Assembly (NCBI GenBank): GCA_963668695.2
Contig: CAXXLQ010000004.1
Location: forward strand, 3,328,001 to 3,392,000
Reading direction: 5' to 3'
DNA: 64,000 nucleotides
Source of the DNA: Vicinamibacteria bacterium
Lineage (GTDB): Bacteria; Acidobacteriota; Vicinamibacteria; Marinacidobacterales; Marinacidobacteraceae
The translations under genes were made by a program, and so were the position numbers. Under the pieces are notes generated by a model. That model saw only the letters and a program-made list of their open reading frames with translations, ran no database searches and was not told where the DNA came from. Below are positions 30,114 to 39,036 of this stretch, one piece after another. Numbering within the stretch: position 1 is the stretch's first letter; every line of letters begins with the position of its first letter.

Positions 30114-30312
30114 GCACCCTGTGGACAAAGTCGCGCAGCGTTCCCGAGCCAGAAGGGATGGGGGTCGGGTAGTTCCGCCCCCCGTCCCTTCCGCTCCGGG
30201 GTCTACGCGGTGCTTGCGCCCCGCTCGGAAAACAAGCGGCGATGCATCCCGGCTGGCCCCCACCGGGAGAACTGGCGCTTTCGGCGCTCACGCCACCTTG
30301 CTCACAGGCTGC
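30114..30312 (+). mobile_element. Degenerate MITE family A copy with a ~90-bp foreign hairpin insert
   Basis: TIRs gcaccctgtggacaaagt / accttgctcacaggctgc; body mostly deleted at a tag. Confidence 0.7.
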
Positions 30313-30320
30313 TGCCAAAA

Positions 30321-31169
30321 ATGCGTATAGCGCTCGGAGCGATCACAGCGGTCGCCTACGCGGTGTTGCTGCTCGCTCCGCTCGCGGTGATCGTCTATTC
30401 CGTGAGTCCGGGGGCGGCGCTCGAGATCCCGCCTTCCGGCGTCAGCCTGCGTTGGTACGCGGGCCTCACCGATCAACCGCGCCTCATTTCCGGGCTCGTC
30501 ACGAGCCTGGTGCTGGGAGCGATCTCCACGGGGGCGGCCCTGATCACCGGCATTCCGGCAGCCCTGGCCCTCACCCGGGGTTCGCTTCCGGGCCGGGAGG
30601 TCTTGCTCGCGGTTCTTCTCTCGCCCCTCAGCCTCCCCGGCCTGGTGCTCGGGCTCGGGGTGCTGACCAGCGCCGCGGTGCTCGCGAGCGCTACCGGGAT
30701 TCAGGCCGCGGGAACGCTGCTGCCGTTGGTCGCAGCCCACCTCCTCATCACCATCCCGTGGGTCGTCCGCAGCGTGGCCGCCTCCTTGGAGTCCACCGAC
30801 CCCGCGCTTGAGGATCAGGCGCGCAGCCTGGGAGCCGGTCCGTTCGCCACCCTCTTCCTCGTGACCCTGCCCAGCGCCCGGGCGGGTATCGTTGCCGGCG
30901 CGGTGTCCGCCTTCGTAATCTCCTTCGGCAACTTCGCGCTCTCCCTACTCCTGGCCAGCGGCCGGACCGTCACCCTCCCCGTAGCCATCTACGAGACCAT
31001 GGACCGCTATCAGGATCCGACGGTTGCCGCCGTCAGCACGCTCACCATCGCGGCCGCGGTCGGTGCGGCCCTCCTCACGGATCGGCTGTCGGGGCCGCTC
31101 AAGGCTCGGAACGTCTCCTCCCGGAACACCAGGGGAACGAGCCCGGGCGGGGTCGAACACGCTCGATGA
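30321..31169 (+). CDS. ABC permease (PotC-like)
   Basis: SLRWY, LEDQARSLGA, AFVISFGNF, TLPVAIY. Confidence 0.9.
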   Translation: MRIALGAITAVAYAVLLLAPLAVIVYSVSPGAALEIPPSGVSLRWYAGLTDQPRLISGLVTSLVLGAISTGAALITGIPAALALTRGSLPGREVLLAVLLSPLSLPGLVLGLGVLTSAAVLASATGIQAAGTLLPLVAAHLLITIPWVVRSVAASLESTDPALEDQARSLGAGPFATLFLVTLPSARAGIVAGAVSAFVISFGNFALSLLLASGRTVTLPVAIYETMDRYQDPTVAAVSTLTIAAAVGAALLTDRLSGPLKARNVSSRNTRGTSPGGVEHAR

Positions 31170-32218
31170 ACCGCGAAAGGCGACCGCGACGGGGTGTCAA
31201 GCACCTCCGCCTCGCTCTCATTCTGGCTGGCGGGCTGCCGATCGGCTGTGGCGGACGCGCGGCCGAGGACCTGGTCATCGCGGTCCCGCCCGGCCGCATC
31301 GCCGACCTCGAGGCGCATTTCGCGGGACCCTTCGAGGCCGCGACGGGCGCGAACATCATCCCGGTCGGGCTGCGTTCGGCCGAACAGGCAGCCCGGGTAC
31401 GGGTCGAACGCGGGAATCCGTCCCTTGACGTTCTCTGGATCGACGCCGGTGAGGCGGCGCTGCTCGCCCGCGAGGGACTCATCGAAACACCGTTCGGACC
31501 AGCGGGTTCCGCGGACAGCGGTTTGCGGATTCCCAATGTCGCGTGGGCGCACCCGGAGGCCTGGTTCACCGAGGGGGCGCTCCCCGCAACCTTCGCTTCG
31601 CCCATCGGATTTTTGTACAACACGGACGCGCTCGCCTCGCATCCCGCCTCCTGGGCGGCGCTCGAAGACCCTGCCCTCCGAGGCCGGCTCGCCCTGTTCG
31701 GCTTCGGGAGCACGCTTGGTCCACTCACCGTCGCCGCCCTGGCCCGTATCGAGACCGGGAACGAAACCGACGCGGATGCCGGCTTCGCCCGACTCACCCG
31801 GCTCCAGCCCAACGTCCTCCATTACGGAACCAGCGGACCGGCAAACAACCAGCTGGTGGCGCAGGGCGAGGCCTGGCTCACTCTCGGGCTTCCATCCCAG
31901 GCGCGACACCTCGCCCGCGAGGGCGCGCCGGTCGGATGGGCTGCCCCGGCCGAGGGCGCGATCGCCCTGCCGCAGGGGGTCCAGATTGTGGCCGGGAACC
32001 GCCGCCCGGAACTTGCCCGGGCGTTTGCGGACTACATGTTCTCGCTCGAAGCGCAGCAGGTGGCGGCAAACCAACTCCAGTTGGTTCCCTCGCGCGACGA
32101 TACGGAGATTCCTCCCGGCATGCCCCCACTCGACTCGCTGATGCGGCTCGATATGGTGACCCTGGGTGACCTGCGTCCATCGTGGGCAGCCCGTTTCCGT
32201 CGCGAGATGATTCCCTGA
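31166..32218 (+). CDS. ABC substrate-binding lipoprotein (PotD/AfuA-like)
   Basis: Lipobox-like PIGC, YNTD, PASWAALEDP, PAEG, FADYMFSLEAQ. Confidence 0.8.
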   Translation: MNRERRPRRGVKHLRLALILAGGLPIGCGGRAAEDLVIAVPPGRIADLEAHFAGPFEAATGANIIPVGLRSAEQAARVRVERGNPSLDVLWIDAGEAALLAREGLIETPFGPAGSADSGLRIPNVAWAHPEAWFTEGALPATFASPIGFLYNTDALASHPASWAALEDPALRGRLALFGFGSTLGPLTVAALARIETGNETDADAGFARLTRLQPNVLHYGTSGPANNQLVAQGEAWLTLGLPSQARHLAREGAPVGWAAPAEGAIALPQGVQIVAGNRRPELARAFADYMFSLEAQQVAANQLQLVPSRDDTEIPPGMPPLDSLMRLDMVTLGDLRPSWAARFRREMIP

Positions 32219-32357
32219 TGAGTAACCCCGGATGAGCAACCCCGGATGAGTAACCCCGGATGAGTAACCCCGGATGAGTAACCCCGGATGAGCAACCCCG
32301 GATGAGTAACCCCTGATGAGTAACCCCTGATAAGCAACCCCTGATGAGTAACCCCGA
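32218..32357 (+). repeat. 14-bp tandem repeat x10 (atgagtaaccccgg / atgagtaacccctg)
   Basis: Units start at 32218, 32232 ... 32344; the last unit is the start of the next gene. Confidence 0.95.
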
Positions 32358-33996
32358 AGACCCGCCCGTTTCCCCGGAAAGCGTGGAAGCGCTCACCGCC
32401 TCCCTGATGCCCCATGCGGCTTCTCTGGGCTCCCGCGCCGCCGGCTTTCGGAGTTGGCTGGCGCGTCTGGCCGCCGGATGGGTCCAGGCCGGGATCACCG
32501 GTCCGACGCAGCTGGCGCCGGAAGGCGCCGAAGGACCGCCAAATCCGGCCGACGCGGCCCCCGACACCGTGAATCTCGTGCAGACAACACATCTGGACGA
32601 CATTCGCGAAGCAGCGGAGTGGGCGGCAAGTACGCGCTTTCTCAGCACCGAGCGGCGCGCGGCAATGAGACTGCTCACCGACGTACTGGCCATCGGGGCC
32701 GCAGCGCCCCTGCCCGCTTTCCTTTCCGGCGAGGAAGCGGGCGCCATCCTGGACTCTTTCCCCGCGGCGTCCGCCCCCCCCGTCACGCTCTGGCGAGCCG
32801 TGAACGGCCGTGAGTCGGCCGGACTCTGGTCCGCGATTCTCTGGAATCGCCTCGTGGGGGATCCTCAGGAACTCCATGCGGGGCCGGAATGCGTCGCCGC
32901 CGCGGTAGCCGTGGCCGAAGCACGCGACCGGACGCTGGGAGAGCTCCTGGACGCCATTGTGGTGGGCTGCGGCGTGGGGAATTGGCACCGAGATGCTGTC
33001 GGCGCGGCCATGGAGGAGGCCGGCATCCACACCCCGGGAGCGCTCGCTCCCGTGGCGACGGCCGCCGCGGTCGGACGCCTCGAGGGTATCGGCGCCCGAA
33101 ATCTCGGACAGAGCATCCGGCGCGCCAGTGCGCTCACTCCCATGCACCCCTACCGGGCATCGACCGAAGGGACGAGCGTCAAACTGCTTTTCGGCGCCTT
33201 CGGCCAAATGCTGGGAGCAGCGGCAGCCCTCAGCATCAAAAATCCGATCGGCCTCCTGCCCGCTCCGTCGCTCTCGCGGCGGTCCCGACAGCCAGGGGTG
33301 GTGCCCTTCGACCCGCGCGTGGCGACCAGGGCAGTTCACGGAATTCCACTCAAGGAGTACCCCGGGTCGCGGGCGGTCCAGTCCATTCTGGCGACCATCG
33401 AAAAACTGCCGCGAATCGAACCGGACGCGGTCAAATCCATCACGGTCGAGACCTACCCCTTCTCGGCAACGGTATCCGGCTGGTCCCGCCCGGACACGGG
33501 ACCGATCGCCATGCAGAGCCACATCCCGACGGCAGTCGCTTTGATGATCGCGGCCCGCGGGCAGCGGATTCCCTTTGAGGCCGGCCTCTACCCGAAATTC
33601 CGCGACCCGGGAACCATTGCGCTCGCGGAGCGGGTGATCGTGCGATCGCACGAATTCGGTGAACCGGGGGCTCCCCCGAGTCGGCGTGTCCGTTGGGCCA
33701 AGGTCACGATCCGGCCCAAGGCCGGCCCGGATCTGACCGCCTCATCGGGACCTCCCTTCGCGCCCCCGCCACCGGGAGCCATCCGGGATCGCTTCGCCAA
33801 TCTGACCCGAGGGGCCGCGGTGCAAGACCCGCATCGGTTCCCCGACTCGGCGCCGGTACGGAGCCTCTTTCCCAAGGCGCCACCCACCTCATCGGTGACG
33901 ATGCCCGCACCGACGGTACTTCCGTCAGTCGAGCTCGCCGAATCCGAGGCGACGGACAAGAAGTCCACCCACGGGACCAACAAGCTCTTCGGGTAA
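32344..33996 (+). CDS. MmgE/PrpD family protein
   Basis: ELHAG, AIVVGCGV, GIHTPG, KEYPGSRAVQ, pattern resembling PrpD; divergent. Confidence 0.65.
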   Translation: MSNPEDPPVSPESVEALTASLMPHAASLGSRAAGFRSWLARLAAGWVQAGITGPTQLAPEGAEGPPNPADAAPDTVNLVQTTHLDDIREAAEWAASTRFLSTERRAAMRLLTDVLAIGAAAPLPAFLSGEEAGAILDSFPAASAPPVTLWRAVNGRESAGLWSAILWNRLVGDPQELHAGPECVAAAVAVAEARDRTLGELLDAIVVGCGVGNWHRDAVGAAMEEAGIHTPGALAPVATAAAVGRLEGIGARNLGQSIRRASALTPMHPYRASTEGTSVKLLFGAFGQMLGAAAALSIKNPIGLLPAPSLSRRSRQPGVVPFDPRVATRAVHGIPLKEYPGSRAVQSILATIEKLPRIEPDAVKSITVETYPFSATVSGWSRPDTGPIAMQSHIPTAVALMIAARGQRIPFEAGLYPKFRDPGTIALAERVIVRSHEFGEPGAPPSRRVRWAKVTIRPKAGPDLTASSGPPFAPPPPGAIRDRFANLTRGAAVQDPHRFPDSAPVRSLFPKAPPTSSVTMPAPTVLPSVELAESEATDKKSTHGTNKLFG

Positions 33997-33998
33997 CC

Positions 33999-35111
33999 GT
34001 GAATCCGCGCAAGGCGGGGCTCGCCCTCGAAGGACTTGGCAAGCGCTTCGGAGACACGGAATCGGTGTCGGACGTCACGCTGCGGGTCGGGCCCGGGGAA
34101 CTCATGGCGCTGCTCGGCTCAAGCGGAGCCGGCAAGTCCACCATCCTTCGCTGTATCGCCGGGCACCTGGAACCGGACGCGGGGGAGATCTGGATCGGCG
34201 GCGAACGCATGGACCAGGCGCCCCCCGAGAAGCGCAACGTGGGGATGGTGTTCCAGAGCTATGCGCTCTTCCCGCATCTGAACGTGCGCCGCAATGTTGC
34301 CTTCGGACCCGAACGGCGCGGCGCATCCCGGAGCGAGGCGACCGAACTCGCGGACGAAATGCTGGACCGGGTGGGTCTCCTGGAACTCGGGGATCGCTAT
34401 CCCCGCCAGATCTCGGGCGGCGAGCAGCAGCGGGTGGCCGTCGCCCGAGCGCTCGCCATCCGACCGGAAGTCCTGCTGCTGGACGAGCCGCTCTCGAGCC
34501 TCGATCAGACGCTCCGGCGCGAACTGCGGTCGCTGTTACACAGACTGCAGCGGTCGTTCGGCGCGACGACGGTCTGGGTCACCCACGATCAGGAAGAAGC
34601 CCTGACCGTCGCCGACCGGGTGGCGGTGCTCGACCGGGGCCGTCTCCAGCAGGTCGGGACGCCTCTCGAACTCCACACCCGGCCGGCGAACACTTTCGTC
34701 GCCAGCTTCGTCGGCAAGATGAACCTGCTTCCTGCCACTCGGGAGGCCGCCAGCGGGGATGCCTTCCGGCTTGCGGACGGACCGGTCCTGCGCGTGGCGC
34801 GGGACGCGCTGCCCGGGCCTGCATCCCCCGGGCCTGCATCCAAGGATCCCGCCGGCGCGGGCGCCCGGCCCCTTCTGGCAATGCGGCCGGAGGTGGTCCA
34901 GATCGGTCACCCTCCGGCGGCACCCGGCTTCAACCGGATTGGCGCCACTGTCCGGCGGATCTCTTTCCTCGGAGATCGTCTGGAGATCGAACTCGAACTT
35001 GAGGGCGGGCACCGGTTGCTGGCGCGCGGAAACACCCTGTTCGAGAGTCTCGCCCGGGAAGGAGACCAGGTCCGCATCTACTGGCCGGTCGCCGACACCC
35101 GGCTTCTCTAA
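33999..35111 (+). CDS. ABC ATP-binding protein (PotA-like, TOBE domain)
   Basis: GSSGAGKS, VFQSYALFPHL, ISGGEQQR, LLDEP, VTHDQEEA. Confidence 0.93.
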   Translation: MNPRKAGLALEGLGKRFGDTESVSDVTLRVGPGELMALLGSSGAGKSTILRCIAGHLEPDAGEIWIGGERMDQAPPEKRNVGMVFQSYALFPHLNVRRNVAFGPERRGASRSEATELADEMLDRVGLLELGDRYPRQISGGEQQRVAVARALAIRPEVLLLDEPLSSLDQTLRRELRSLLHRLQRSFGATTVWVTHDQEEALTVADRVAVLDRGRLQQVGTPLELHTRPANTFVASFVGKMNLLPATREAASGDAFRLADGPVLRVARDALPGPASPGPASKDPAGAGARPLLAMRPEVVQIGHPPAAPGFNRIGATVRRISFLGDRLEIELELEGGHRLLARGNTLFESLAREGDQVRIYWPVADTRLL

Positions 35112-35226
35112 CAGCCTGTGGTGGAACCCGGGTGAGCGCCGAGAGCGGCCAGTTCTCCCGGTGGGGGGGCGGTTCAGGCGGGATGGATCGCCGCTCAAAC
35201 GCCGCCTGGGTTTCACCACAGGCTGT
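35111..35226 (-). mobile_element. MITE family A internal-deletion copy (116 bp)
   Basis: Matches the 724-941 copy minus the 102 bp between its two tags; TA-flanked. Confidence 0.85.
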
Positions 35227-35520
35227 TAACCCTAGGTCGAGCGTTCCGGAAGGGGGGCATGCCTCCGGGATGGCGGTACGAGAGGGCCAACGCTATTCCC
35301 CTCTCCACCCCAATCACCCTTAGCGACGCGTCTCCCAACGCGCGCTTTCCAAACCCCCTCACGGCGTAGATCCAACACACATCGCCACTTATCACCAGAG
35401 AGCGCCGGCCTTCGGCCCGCACGGCGGCCCGTAGGCAAGGGACCGCCGACCTCCCGGCAGTCGCTGTGAAAGTGCAGATCTGCGGGAACCCAGACCACCC
35501 GGATGGCGCGCGACAGCGGA

Positions 35521-35636
35521 GCGCGAAACGCGCGCCGATGACGTTGCGCCATTCCAAGGTGAGGGCCGTGCCTTTTTCATGACAGGCGAGAGTGTGCCGG
35601 AGGACCCGATCATGAAGGTGTCTCCCGGTGGGGCCC
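35521..35636. repeat. Dispersed element D, copy 2
   Basis: Homologous to 10110-10280. Confidence 0.65.
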
Positions 35637-35799
35637 GGCACAGCCCGCCGCAGGCGGGCGACCGGTGCCCGCAGGGCAGCGAAGCCTCGGCACCTACCCT
35701 CGCGGTTAGCGACAGCAGAAGCGCACAGTCCCTACCACCCTCACCTCGCCGGGCAGGCCAGCGCCACCCTCGTTGAAGCCGATCCCCGCCAGCGCGCCG

Positions 35800-37326
35800 C
35801 TACGCGATCCAGTCGAAACTCCGCTCGACGGCCTTCCTCCAGGTGACGAGCCGCGCTGCCCGATCCGCGTCGTCGATCGTGGGTTCGAAGCGGGCATCCT
35901 CTTCGAGCGCTCCCGCCAGCTCGGTCTCGGAATCCCAAAACCCGATGGCGAGACCCGCGGCAACGGCCGCTCCCAGAGCCGTGGTTTCAACGCACCGGGG
36001 ACGCACCACCGGTATCCCCAGAATGTCCGCCTGGAACGCAAGCAGGAGTGCGCTGACGGTCATGCCGCCGTCCACCCGGAGCTCCTCGGGCGCCTGGCCG
36101 GTGTCGAGGCGCATCGCCTCGAGGACCTCCCAGACCTGGAACGCGGAGGCTTCGATGGCGGCGCGGGCCAAATGGCGCCGGTCGGTGTGCCGGGTCAATC
36201 CGCAGATCACCCCTCGCGCGTCGGCGCGCCACCAGGGAGCGAAGAGCCCGGAAAACGCCGGGACGATCACGGCTCCCCCCGAATCCTCCACCTCGAGCGC
36301 CAACGCCTCGACCTCAGCCGCGGACTGCGCGAACCCCAGTTGGTCCCGGAGCCACTGGACCAGCGAGCCGGCCACCGCAACGGCTCCCTCCAGGGCGTAG
36401 TCCACCCTTTCCGAATCGCTGTAGGCGACCGTGGTCAGCAGACCGGCCTTCGACTGGATCGCTTTCCCCCCGGTGTGCATCAACAAGAAAGCGCCGGTGC
36501 CGTAGGTGCATTTGGCCTCGCCGGGCCGGCGCCGTAACTGACCAAGGAGGGCCGCCTGCTGGTCTCCAATCACCCCGGTGATCGGCACCCTGGCGCCGAA
36601 AGGGCCGCCGGAGCTCGTGTGGCCCCACGCTTCCGGGTGGGAAGAGGGAGCGATTTCCGGGAGCATCCGGCCTGGCACCCCGAGCGCATCGAGCAGTTCG
36701 TCGCTCCAGCGCAGTTCCCCAAGATCCATCATCAGGGTCCGGCTGGCGTTGGTCGCATCGGTGCGGTGCACCGCGCCCCCGGTGAGCTTCCAGACGAGCC
36801 AGGATTCCACGGTGCCGAAGACGGCGCGTCCCGCGTTCGCGCGCTCCCGGAGGCCTTCCTGATTCTCGAGAAGCCAGCGGAGCTTCGGACCCGAGAAGTA
36901 GGTGGCCGCGGGAAGTCCCGTCAGTTCGCGAAGGCGCCCGGCGCCGATCGTGCGTTCCAGATCCGCCGCGAGTCCGGCGGTACGGGTGTCCTGCCAGACG
37001 ATCGCCGGAGCGAGGGGCTCGCCCGTTGCCGGATCCCACACCACGGTGGTCTCCCGCTGGTTCGTGATTCCTACCGCCGCGACGTCGCTCCCTTCGAGCC
37101 CACCGTTGTTGAGTGCTCCGGCGACCACCTCGGCGGTCCGGTCCCATATCTCGACCGGATCGTGTTCCACCCAACCCGGACGCGGTGTGATCTGCCGGTG
37201 CTCCCGCTGCGCCGAGCCCACGACGGCGCCATCTCGTGCGAAGAGGAGACAGCGGCTGCTGGTGGTGCCCTGGTCGATCGCGGCCACCACCCGAGGCCGC
37301 AACCCCCCGGCCGCCGAGGCGGTCAA
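35800..37326 (-). CDS. glpK: Glycerol kinase
   Basis: AIDQGTTSSR, GITNQRETT, WQDTRT, YFSGPK, GDQQAAL, KCTYGTG, PAFSGLFAP. Confidence 0.96.
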   Translation of the reverse strand: MTASAAGGLRPRVVAAIDQGTTSSRCLLFARDGAVVGSAQREHRQITPRPGWVEHDPVEIWDRTAEVVAGALNNGGLEGSDVAAVGITNQRETTVVWDPATGEPLAPAIVWQDTRTAGLAADLERTIGAGRLRELTGLPAATYFSGPKLRWLLENQEGLRERANAGRAVFGTVESWLVWKLTGGAVHRTDATNASRTLMMDLGELRWSDELLDALGVPGRMLPEIAPSSHPEAWGHTSSGGPFGARVPITGVIGDQQAALLGQLRRRPGEAKCTYGTGAFLLMHTGGKAIQSKAGLLTTVAYSDSERVDYALEGAVAVAGSLVQWLRDQLGFAQSAAEVEALALEVEDSGGAVIVPAFSGLFAPWWRADARGVICGLTRHTDRRHLARAAIEASAFQVWEVLEAMRLDTGQAPEELRVDGGMTVSALLLAFQADILGIPVVRPRCVETTALGAAVAAGLAIGFWDSETELAGALEEDARFEPTIDDADRAARLVTWRKAVERSFDWIA

Positions 37327-38921
37327 GGAATATTCAGCCGCAACGCGCGCCCGGGCCTCGCCCCGGTCACTTCCCCGTCCTGGAGGACGAAGACTCCGGA
37401 GACCAGCACGTGGTGCGCACCGGTGGAGTAGTGGTGGGGATCGCCGAATTCGGCGTGGTCCTCCACGGCCGCGGGGTCGAGGACGGCGATGTCGGCGATG
37501 AACCCTTCCTCGATGACACCCCGGCCGTCGAGGCTGAGCCGTTCGGCTGGAAATGACGACATCTTGCGGACCGCCTCCTCGAGAGACAGAAGGCCCGCCT
37601 CGCGCACGTAGAGGCTCAGCACCCGCGAGAAGGTGGCGTAGTTGCGCGGGTGGGGCACCCCCTCCCCGGGCGCCACCACGCCCCCGTCGGAGGAGATCAT
37701 CGTGCGGGGATGGGCCATGATCCGGCGCACGTCGTCCTCGTGCATGGCGTGGAAGACGCCGCCGAAACCGCCCTTTTCCTGCAACTCGAGCGCCAGGGTC
37801 GCTCCGTTGTCGGTGTTCGACTCAAGGCCCCGCTCCCGCAGGATGTCGCCCATGCTCTTGCCCTCGAGCGAGGGGTCCCATTCACAACTGGCGATCTGCA
37901 CGTTGTCGGGGCTCCCGCCCCCCCGGTCCACTTCCAGATTGTTCTTGATCGCCTCGCGGATCCGTTCCCGCTGCTCCGGATCCTGGAGCCGCTCCAGGAG
38001 CGCCTCGTTCCCGCCGGCGAGGCTCCATCCGGGGAACAGGATGGTCAGTCCGGTGGACGATGCCGTGTAGGGGTACTGGTCGATCGTCACGTCCACGCCG
38101 CGCGCGACCGCCTCGTCCACGAGGCGCAGGCTCTCGGTGCTCTGACCCCACATCGGGGCGCCGACCACCTTGTGGTGGGTGATCTGGGTCGGGAGCCCTC
38201 CTTCTTCTCCGATGCGGATCGTCTCGCGCACCGAATCCATCAACGTGAGCCCCTCTTCCCGCATGTGGCTGACGTGAATGCCGCCGTAGCGGGCCGCGAC
38301 CTTGGCCAGCTCGATGACCTCCTCGGTCTCGGCGAAGGTCCCCGGTGGGTACTTGAGGCCGGTGGAGAGTCCGTAGGCGCCTTCCTGCATCGCCTGGTCC
38401 ACCAGCGCGCGCATCTCGTCGAGTTCCGCATCGGTGGGCGCACGGTCTTCGAGGCCGACCACTTCGCGGCGGATCGTGCCGTGTCCGACCATCAGCCCCA
38501 TGTTGATCGCCGCGCCCTCGGCTTCGAATTGCGCGAGCCACTCGCCGATCGGCAGCGGCGAGCCCCCATCCGGACCGCCCATGGCCGTGGTCACCCCCTG
38601 GCGGAGGTAGTTCTCGGCGAGGGGATGGCGGAGCACCCCTCGGACGGCGTGGCTGTGGAGGTCCACGAAACCGGGCACCACCGCGAGTCCCGACACGTCC
38701 ACTCTCGTCTCGGCACGGGCTCCGGAAAGATCACCCACCGTCGCCACCCGGTCGCCCCGGATCCCGACGTCCGCAATCTGGGGGGCTCCGCCCCGGCCGT
38801 CATGAACTTCGCCGCCGGTGAGCACCACGTCGTAGGGCTCCCCGCAACCGGCGGCCACCGCCGCCGTCAGCAAGAGCAGGAGTCGCATTGCGCGTTGGGC
38901 CATTGAGTCTTCCTCCGCCAT
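37323..38921 (-). CDS. N-acyl-D-amino-acid deacylase family amidohydrolase (lipoprotein)
   Basis: PGFVDLHSH, GHGTIR, STGLKYPPG, DQYPYTASST, SSDGG, HPRNYATF; lipobox AAGC. Confidence 0.9.
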   Translation of the reverse strand: MAEEDSMAQRAMRLLLLLTAAVAAGCGEPYDVVLTGGEVHDGRGGAPQIADVGIRGDRVATVGDLSGARAETRVDVSGLAVVPGFVDLHSHAVRGVLRHPLAENYLRQGVTTAMGGPDGGSPLPIGEWLAQFEAEGAAINMGLMVGHGTIRREVVGLEDRAPTDAELDEMRALVDQAMQEGAYGLSTGLKYPPGTFAETEEVIELAKVAARYGGIHVSHMREEGLTLMDSVRETIRIGEEGGLPTQITHHKVVGAPMWGQSTESLRLVDEAVARGVDVTIDQYPYTASSTGLTILFPGWSLAGGNEALLERLQDPEQRERIREAIKNNLEVDRGGGSPDNVQIASCEWDPSLEGKSMGDILRERGLESNTDNGATLALELQEKGGFGGVFHAMHEDDVRRIMAHPRTMISSDGGVVAPGEGVPHPRNYATFSRVLSLYVREAGLLSLEEAVRKMSSFPAERLSLDGRGVIEEGFIADIAVLDPAAVEDHAEFGDPHHYSTGAHHVLVSGVFVLQDGEVTGARPGRALRLNIP

Positions 38922-39036
38922 TCCGTTAGAAGTCGTTTCTCCGGAACGGGCCGCAACCGAGTCTATCGGTATGCTGACCGCCTCGGTCCCGCGCCTCCAT
39001 CATGGGCCCTGGCGGGGACCGACAAGGAGAACTCGC

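Noticed and set aside
32218-32357. CRISPR or classical frameshift phase-variation tract
   Set aside because: No spacers; the array precedes the final start codon and every unit contains a stop, so unit number does not shift the downstream frame
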